DNA of 64,000 bases from a virus (taxonomy: Duplodnaviria > Caudoviricetes), in the IMG/VR virus record IMGVR_UViG_3300028591_000128, positions 1-64,000 of that record. One strand, 5' to 3'. Within the stretch, counting starts at the first letter, position 1. Each line of letters starts with the position of its first letter. Shown piece after piece: positions 57,184 through 64,000 of the stretch. The notes under the pieces are model-generated. The model did not search any database and was not told the DNA's origin. It was given only the letters and a program-made list of their open reading frames with translations. A program made the position numbers and the translations under genes.

Positions 57184-60009
57184 CTAAATATCAAATCTTT
57201 CCTTCGTTATATTTTTGAAGTAAAATTTTCCATTATGTGTCAAATCCGAATCGTGCCATCCTCCGTATCTGTAACCATATTCAATCCGAATCGGATCATG
57301 TGTAAGAATTGCGGTTGTCAAATCCTGATAGCATAACTTCCACAGGCAGTAGCTGATTCCGTGTTCATTTAATGTGTCAAACATCAGCTGCGCTTCTTCG
57401 TCATCATAATCACCATACCCTGTCCCTTCGGAATTTCCCCATTCTGTTTCAAAGAACGGAATTCCGGCATTGATGATAGGAAGGATGAATTCTTCGACCG
57501 TATTTTCTGCCGTGTAAATATGCCGCGAAATGAATACATTCATATTATTTGTGGTATTATATAAAGTATTCATTGCTGAAGCTCCATCCGTACCGACACC
57601 GCAAATAACGATGGCAGAAGGATCAATTCCGCGAATATAATCAGCACACGCTTTATTTGTGGAAAGCATTCCACTTGATGAATTTGACCACGGTTCATTC
57701 TGAAGTTCCCACAGAAGATTGTCATGTGTCGAAAGATATGTGTCAGCAAAATATTTGAAGAATGCCAGCTGCTGGCTTGCGTACTGCGTAACATCCCCAT
57801 CCGTCAAGAGCGTATGCCAATCAATGATAATATAAAGCCCCTGATTCGTTGCATTCTTGATCAGTTTATCCGCTATTGCTTTTAATTCGTCTGAATGGTT
57901 AAGCCATCCGTGACCGTTCCTTCTGTTTGATCCGCTTGGAATAAAATCATTCAGATAAAATGTCATTCTTATGCAATTACACCCACGATACACAAGGGTT
58001 TTGAAAACGTCCGTTGTATAAAGATTCTGGTATTCATTCATAAAATGTGTACCGAATCCGGAAAGAACAATCGGGCTATTCTGTGCATCAAGAATCTGGT
58101 TGCCTGATTTGTGAATTTTCCCACGCTTCAGATATGTATCTTTGTATGGATCAATTTCTGCCGCTTCCAAAACATCAGCCAACTGCGAAAGACCATCTTC
58201 TGCCCTGATCTTCAAAATGGAATTAGCGTATGTCTTCTGATTGATCGTTGTCATTCCAGAAACCAACACACTGTTTGGAATCTCCGGAATATCTTCTTCG
58301 GTGATGTCAACTGTCCCCGCTGTGTCATAATGACCACCGACAAACACGATTCGCACGAATCCGTCTGCAACTGAAGTCCATTCTGTTAAATACTGCGGCG
58401 GCTGTTCCTTGTTGTAACTTCTATATTTGAAGGTCTTCACATTATCATATGAAAATACATCCATATAATAGCTTGATTTAATGGTTGTTCCAACTTTTAC
58501 TGGAATATATCCAGAAACTGCCTTTGTTGATGATGCAATATATTCACCAGTTGATGTGTTAAGTTCTCCAAACTCAATAGATGTATTGTCCATGATTTGT
58601 GAAAATCTTTCACCAGTAAGCATCGAAGACGGTGCTTTGTTTTGCTTTGTAAAAGTTCCGTCCAGAATATAACTATCCGGCTTATAATAGAAATTGATAC
58701 TATCGGCAACGCTAATATCCGAATCATCTGTCTTTGCAAGTGCAAATCTGAAATAATCGGTTTCTCCGAATTCATAAAGAAATTCTGTCAAATTAACTTC
58801 GCCAGTTATCCACGGATCACTTGATACAAACCCCCTGACATCCGGCTTGAAATAATCGACAGTTCTGGCCGTTCCGTCCTGACGATAACAAGTTATAAGA
58901 AACTTGTATCCCGGTTTGCATCCTACACAGGCATATTTTGCCGGTGTTTTTGTTCTAATTCGTGTAGATGATGCGGCGGAATTTGATCCGTTCGGGTTTA
59001 TTCCGCCATATGCCCATGACGATTCGTTGATTTTAAGTGTATTTATTCCGATTGTTTTCTGATTGAATTCAAGATCATTTATTTTTGATTCGGTTGTTGT
59101 AAGTTCTGCAACAGAAAGAGCTGATCCAGCTGTCGGACTGATTGCAGAATCATCAGAATTCGCAAGTAAAAATTCATAGTAATAATCAGGATTCACCATG
59201 ATTTCTATTCCGTCAGTAAGCCATGATGACGAATATCTGCCGATGAATGTTGATGCACTAATTACATTTGACGAATAATAATAAACCATGTATTTCTTTC
59301 CAGCTGATACAGAAAGTTTAATTATTTCTCCGTCTATCGTTCGCGGAAGAATCGTTCTGATCCTGGTTGTTGATGATAATTTTGCACCAGTTCCGTCAAG
59401 TGAACCAGATTCCCAGTTGAAAGATAATGGGTATTCGCCAGACATAACTGCATTATAAAGACTTGCATCTACCTTTGTAATCATTTCTTCCGGCGAATCA
59501 TACTCTACCCCATCAAATCCTGTTTTCATGTCGTTGACTTGACTATCAATCGCTCTTACTGCATCTCCGGCAGTAGGGTAAGTATGTCCAGTGGAATCAA
59601 CACGAATGTTGGTTAGTTCTGCATCCCCAGTGGTAGATCCGTCAGTTAGTGCAGTAAAAGTATCTATCTGACCTTGTAAGGAATTGATACTGTTGTTCAA
59701 GTCTGTTTGATTGGATAATGTTCCATTGATCTGTCCCCAAGTAGACCCACGCCTATCAGTAAGGCGTGAGTCATTTCCCATAACCACTTGTGTAGCAGAT
59801 GCATCACCGCTTGATGCAACATCTTTAGGCGATGCTGTACCAAGGGTTGGTTTGTTTGTTAAATCGTTGTAATCTCCGCTGAAGTTGTTAAGTCCTTCTA
59901 CTGCGTTATCCATTTCGGAGATTGTGTATGTATCAGATGTTCCATTTTTCTCACGAATCATATTTGCGAGATTCTGGATATCACCTTCTTCGTAAAGTTT
60001 CATGCTCAT
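57184..60009 (-). CDS. Virion-associated protein with C-terminal GH5 glycoside hydrolase domain
   Basis: N-terminal fibre motifs (YNDLTNKP, WG.I.GTLSNQTDL, DAEL..IRV...G.TY.TAGDAVR); GH5 motifs YIIIDWH, ELQNEP, H.Y, ETEWG. Confidence 0.8.
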   Translation of the reverse strand: MSMKLYEEGDIQNLANMIREKNGTSDTYTISEMDNAVEGLNNFSGDYNDLTNKPTLGTASPKDVASSGDASATQVVMGNDSRLTDRRGSTWGQINGTLSNQTDLNNSINSLQGQIDTFTALTDGSTTGDAELTNIRVDSTGHTYPTAGDAVRAIDSQVNDMKTGFDGVEYDSPEEMITKVDASLYNAVMSGEYPLSFNWESGSLDGTGAKLSSTTRIRTILPRTIDGEIIKLSVSAGKKYMVYYYSSNVISASTFIGRYSSSWLTDGIEIMVNPDYYYEFLLANSDDSAISPTAGSALSVAELTTTESKINDLEFNQKTIGINTLKINESSWAYGGINPNGSNSAASSTRIRTKTPAKYACVGCKPGYKFLITCYRQDGTARTVDYFKPDVRGFVSSDPWITGEVNLTEFLYEFGETDYFRFALAKTDDSDISVADSINFYYKPDSYILDGTFTKQNKAPSSMLTGERFSQIMDNTSIEFGELNTSTGEYIASSTKAVSGYIPVKVGTTIKSSYYMDVFSYDNVKTFKYRSYNKEQPPQYLTEWTSVADGFVRIVFVGGHYDTAGTVDITEEDIPEIPNSVLVSGMTTINQKTYANSILKIRAEDGLSQLADVLEAAEIDPYKDTYLKRGKIHKSGNQILDAQNSPIVLSGFGTHFMNEYQNLYTTDVFKTLVYRGCNCIRMTFYLNDFIPSGSNRRNGHGWLNHSDELKAIADKLIKNATNQGLYIIIDWHTLLTDGDVTQYASQQLAFFKYFADTYLSTHDNLLWELQNEPWSNSSSGMLSTNKACADYIRGIDPSAIVICGVGTDGASAMNTLYNTTNNMNVFISRHIYTAENTVEEFILPIINAGIPFFETEWGNSEGTGYGDYDDEEAQLMFDTLNEHGISYCLWKLCYQDLTTAILTHDPIRIEYGYRYGGWHDSDLTHNGKFYFKNITKERFDI

Positions 60010-60031
60010 TGTTCAACATTACTCCCTTCTT

Positions 60032-62449
60032 TTAGTACTGTATGTTTTGTCCGACTGGTAAACTAGCAGCAACCCATTTACCATTAACAACTGTTAATAC
60101 TTTTCCATCATCTAAATCTGATACTTCTGGAAGTTCAACTGCGCTTTCAATGAGGTCAACAATCGGCTGAAACTCCTCTGTGATATACTCCACCTCCATA
60201 TCTCCCGTACTGCTCTCTATGTGGGTGTAGCCGGAGAGAGATTTGATTGGGAGGTTGGTTTGGGTGATGGTTTCAGTGGTGGGAGTGGTGAGCAATCCAC
60301 ATATTTCCAAGTTGTTATTTGATAAATAATTAGTAAAATCAGAAAGACTTGAAGCACTCGGAAATCCTACATATAATCGGTTATTTACATAAGCAAAAGA
60401 TGGGCCTCTTCCAGCGTATGCACTTTCATTGTCCGCAACAAGATAATTGGAAAATCCATTATCAAGTGTTTGCCCCCAAATTGAAGCAAACCCTAAATTA
60501 CCGTCTAATATAAAACATGTCGGTCTATCTACTGAGGCTTGTTGCCAGTTTTCTGTGCCATCAAATACAACCTTTTTCCACTCTGTTGTCACTTCCCCAT
60601 TCACCACATCCTCACTCCCTCGATAGATAGCAGAGGGGTAGGTGGTGGTGTGGGTGGTGGAGGTGTAGGGTTCGTATGTGGTTGGTACAGAACCCTTTTC
60701 AATTTGCCAATCATAATCAAGTGGGTCATTTCTGACCGGATTATATCGACTTGCCACCGTCACATATCCATCAATCGACTCACACGTTATAGGTGTTGAA
60801 TTGATAACTCCATTGGTGGCTGATGATGCACCACTATCTACATTTCCCGGCAAGAAGAAAATATCTCTATAATTTTCCTGTCCTCCGCCTGTTGGAGGGC
60901 AATTAGTTGACATGGTAAATGTTCCCTCACCAACAAACATAGGCTTATATGTGAGAGTGCCTGTGTGGTTGAAATCATTTTTATCACAGAGGTTCTTCCC
61001 CCTCACCTCAATCTCCCCCTCCGTATATCCGCTTATGGGGCAGATGTTGGAGTAGGGGGTGAAGGTGGGGTCGGATTCTGTAGAGAGACGAATCATGGGC
61101 TTGAATAAAAGGTTGTTCGCCGTGTAACCGTTACGGATAGTAATATATGCCGAGCTGATATTTGCGGTTGGGGTAGTTTCTGATATGAGTCTCCAATCAT
61201 TTGCATTATATGCGTTTATAAATATATCCGTTACATCGGAATATACCTGTAATGCAAATGTGGTTTCAGAACCTCCGTTTATACCACCATTTACAACATA
61301 AGTTCCATCAAATGTGCCTAACGATGTAATATTCGCAACAAGGAAATAAGTAACCGCATTTGCCGTACCATTTACTTTTATACCCGTAACATTATCATCA
61401 CCATCCGTTTCTAACGTAAAAGTTACTCCATTCCGAGTGTAGACATTTCCACTCCAAGTACCACCAGTATTGATTGCCTTTATCCCGTCAACCGTCATAG
61501 GGAGTTTATTCTTTCCACTACCACCTACCCACGGCTTATCATATCCATGCAAGTCCTGATTTCCTTGGATGGCGGTTACGCACTTTACCAAAGGTGCGTC
61601 TGCTCCATCGGTTATCTCGATAGGATTTCCGCTTGCGGTCTTGGTTACGGATGCTTTATCTTCTATTTCCTCTGTAATCTTATTACTACTCCATGTAGTA
61701 TCTGTATCTGTTGCGGTATCATCAATTATATTATCAATCTTATCAGTTATTGATTCACCATTGATCTCTACATCCTGTGCAGTTACTACACCTTCTTTAG
61801 ATACTTTGAAAGTTGCATCAGAATAATCATCTTGTGATCCACCACCTGCAAACAAGTATCCGGAATTCGGTTCAGCTATTTCTGAAAACTTTCCATCATC
61901 TACATATACTTGTGCAGAATCTAACATATATCTTGCGGCATCTTCAAGAGACAGAGTTTTATCCGGAATTACAGAAATTCCAGTAGCAGGACTTCCCCAA
62001 TAGGCATAAGTACCGCCACAGTAATACCATGTTGTACCATTATAATCAAAACTATATGCTGTGTTATTCCATGAGAAATATGTTGAATCTGCTTCTGTAG
62101 ATACCAATACAATAGCATGATTCTGACCATCACCTGGTGTACCAATTACTCCACCAAATGCAGGCTTCGCATTCGTCTTAGTGTATGTTCGATCCCCTAA
62201 TGAGAACTCAGCCGCAGTATCAAAATAATATGTTTTATTCTCACATCCCCAACCGAGTTCGTTTACATCATAATTTGCATAAACTTTTACACCATCTTCG
62301 GATATATCAATGTTGTCCGGTGGTGTAATATCATCAACTCTCTGTGTAAGTGAAGTTAAATCCGTTCTTCCTTTCTTATCAACAAGTTCAATTTCATCTT
62401 GTATTCCAAACTCTTGTAGATTTAATTTACTTGCAGGTCTTGTAGCCAT
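60032..62449 (-). CDS. Structural/tail-associated protein
   Basis: TWSS.KI, GKN.L, PY.NICPISG and DDGKVL.V.NGKW motifs. Confidence 0.65.
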   Translation of the reverse strand: MATRPASKLNLQEFGIQDEIELVDKKGRTDLTSLTQRVDDITPPDNIDISEDGVKVYANYDVNELGWGCENKTYYFDTAAEFSLGDRTYTKTNAKPAFGGVIGTPGDGQNHAIVLVSTEADSTYFSWNNTAYSFDYNGTTWYYCGGTYAYWGSPATGISVIPDKTLSLEDAARYMLDSAQVYVDDGKFSEIAEPNSGYLFAGGGSQDDYSDATFKVSKEGVVTAQDVEINGESITDKIDNIIDDTATDTDTTWSSNKITEEIEDKASVTKTASGNPIEITDGADAPLVKCVTAIQGNQDLHGYDKPWVGGSGKNKLPMTVDGIKAINTGGTWSGNVYTRNGVTFTLETDGDDNVTGIKVNGTANAVTYFLVANITSLGTFDGTYVVNGGINGGSETTFALQVYSDVTDIFINAYNANDWRLISETTPTANISSAYITIRNGYTANNLLFKPMIRLSTESDPTFTPYSNICPISGYTEGEIEVRGKNLCDKNDFNHTGTLTYKPMFVGEGTFTMSTNCPPTGGGQENYRDIFFLPGNVDSGASSATNGVINSTPITCESIDGYVTVASRYNPVRNDPLDYDWQIEKGSVPTTYEPYTSTTHTTTYPSAIYRGSEDVVNGEVTTEWKKVVFDGTENWQQASVDRPTCFILDGNLGFASIWGQTLDNGFSNYLVADNESAYAGRGPSFAYVNNRLYVGFPSASSLSDFTNYLSNNNLEICGLLTTPTTETITQTNLPIKSLSGYTHIESSTGDMEVEYITEEFQPIVDLIESAVELPEVSDLDDGKVLTVVNGKWVAASLPVGQNIQY

Positions 62450-62465
62450 TTGTCAAGCCCTCCTA

Positions 62466-63176
62466 TTATTCAACAGTTATAGTCTTTTCTGATTTTGTAA
62501 GTGTTGTATCTACACTACCGGATGGTGTTCCTGTTACACTTACATTTCCACTTGTACCTGTAAATGTAGGTTGTGTTGATACACCATCTGCAACAGTTAC
62601 AGCCTCATAAGTCGGAAGTGTTCCGGCATGGAATACTAACACATCATCTACAAGTTCAGCGGTAGGAAGTGTCCCGGCATTAGTCATACTATTTATGGAA
62701 TCTGTAGATAATACTACATCACTTATAGTTCCATCTGGTGTAAATGTACCTGTGGAAGTTAGGGCATCTCCTGTAAATGTACTGGATGCATCTGTGACAT
62801 AATCATCAACTGTGCCAGATGCACTATCCTTAAATGCAAGAAGTCCTAAACCGGATACATCGCCAAGTGCTTGCCATACTTCCCCATCATAGATAAACTC
62901 ATCATGATTGTAAGATGCCATATCTCCACGAACTGCGGTTACAGATTTACCATCAACTTGAATAGGATTAGTAGTTGCACCATCAGAAAGTGGAGTAGTT
63001 GTTACACCAATCCACTTTACGGCTTTCTCTCCACCACCGCCACCACCTTGTTCAAGGAGTTCCATCAATAATTCCTCAACCCGTGTTTGAGGTGGTTGTA
63101 ATTCATTACTTGCACCAAGCATATTTTCAAGTATTGCTTCAACTCGATTCTGTGGATTACCTAAATCTCTTGTCAT
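62466..63176 (-). CDS. Structural protein, paralogue of 24369..25256
   Basis: Shared GVTTT.L.DGATT.PI, LAFKDSASG and TQPTFTGT motifs. Confidence 0.65.
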   Translation of the reverse strand: MTRDLGNPQNRVEAILENMLGASNELQPPQTRVEELLMELLEQGGGGGGEKAVKWIGVTTTPLSDGATTNPIQVDGKSVTAVRGDMASYNHDEFIYDGEVWQALGDVSGLGLLAFKDSASGTVDDYVTDASSTFTGDALTSTGTFTPDGTISDVVLSTDSINSMTNAGTLPTAELVDDVLVFHAGTLPTYEAVTVADGVSTQPTFTGTSGNVSVTGTPSGSVDTTLTKSEKTITVE

Positions 63177-63290
63177 AATTTGTTACCTCACGAATCATTC
63201 TATTATATAACTATAAAAGGTTTGATAGTACAAAGAAAGGGCGAATCTTAGGTTAGTAAGATCCACCCATGTGCTAGTTTACTTAGGAAA

Positions 63291-64000
63291 CTATTCAGTA
63301 TCAGAATCCGAATCAGAATCCGTATCGGAATCAGGTTCATACTCATTGAAGAATACACCGTAATCAATTCGCATGAACTGTCCGGATGTTTTTGTAAATG
63401 GTTGTGAAGGTGTCCAAACAGTTGCAAGATAATTTTGCATACGCATTACAGTTATAGTACAATCTACGGTAGTTGAATTTGATACTACAATATAGGAAAT
63501 CATCGGCTTATCATTAGATTTACATACTGTAGAAGTTGTTGCAGGTCCATATGTCATATTTACAGGGGAAATAGTGTTAGAATCAAAGTTGAATACACTT
63601 GTATTGTTACCATAACCATTACACAGTAACATTCTTCCAGAACCCAAGGATCTACTTGTCAGTTCCCAACCAAATGTGTTTGTGCATTCTTGGAAATTTC
63701 CCCAAGTACCATTTGTACGTTTCATTGAATAGATTATGTCAGTTTCACGAAGTTCCGAGTAAACATATCCATAGTACCCATTTATCCAAGCAACTGTGTC
63801 CTTATCAATCCAAATAGCTTCACGCATAGTATACATCGTACGAGTTCCAGAATATAAATTAGGTATGATAGATTCTGTGCATGTACCGGCTACGGGATCA
63901 ATTTCCCACATCTTCTGATCATAACCATTACCCCACTCTGTACCACCTTGATTAGCACTTAAGCATATTAAAGTTGTACCATTATCTTGAATGAGTCTGT
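63291..64000 (-). CDS. Structural protein, partial (5' end beyond window), with D-S/D-T tail
   Basis: Frame open to the window edge; ends EPDSDTDSDSDSDTE. Confidence 0.6.
   Translation of the reverse strand, partial: RLIQDNGTTLICLSANQGGTEWGNGYDQKMWEIDPVAGTCTESIIPNLYSGTRTMYTMREAIWIDKDTVAWINGYYGYVYSELRETDIIYSMKRTNGTWGNFQECTNTFGWELTSRSLGSGRMLLCNGYGNNTSVFNFDSNTISPVNMTYGPATTSTVCKSNDKPMISYIVVSNSTTVDCTITVMRMQNYLATVWTPSQPFTKTSGQFMRIDYGVFFNEYEPDSDTDSDSDSDTE

Noticed and set aside
1-64000. Stop-codon reassignment, diversity-generating retroelement, tRNA or rRNA genes
   Set aside because: Long genes are intact in the standard code with all three stops used; no reverse transcriptase, template/variable repeat pair or cloverleaf was recognised.

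Overview
The window is a segment of a large, low-GC dsDNA phage genome, probably infecting Clostridia/Lachnospiraceae-type Firmicutes (inferred from GGAGG RBSs, the endolysin type and typical gene families). Almost all genes are on the minus strand. From left to right: (i) 1-9 kb, small hypothetical genes; (ii) 9-13.5 kb, a tandem cluster of unrelated acidic proteins that all begin MKKY(I/V)K(A/S/C)S; (iii) 13.7-27.7 kb, tail fibre, lectin and structural genes; (iv) 30.0-34.8 kb, the standout locus; (v) 35-43.7 kb, sugar-modification genes, neck and head genes and a plus-strand early-gene island; (vi) 43.8-64 kb, T4-like major capsid protein, prohead protease, a giant BspA-type LRR protein, CHAP endolysin, tyrosine recombinase and a GH5-tipped virion protein. 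The standout locus encodes a Cas12f1-like protein whose RuvC-I and RuvC-III aspartates are both replaced by Ala, so it is predicted nuclease-dead. It is followed by four diverged tracrRNA-like modules showing compensatory base changes. Two of these head CRISPR arrays (12 and 6 repeats) with type II-A-style 36-nt repeats, ~30-nt spacers and an ATTTGAG leader end. No cas1/cas2 is present in the window, and a TnpB-only IS200/IS605 element sits between the arrays. Best hypothesis: a phage-encoded, multiplexed RNA-guided DNA-binding (CRISPRi-like) system that borrows host type II-A adaptation machinery. All calls are from motif reading by eye; no database searches were run.
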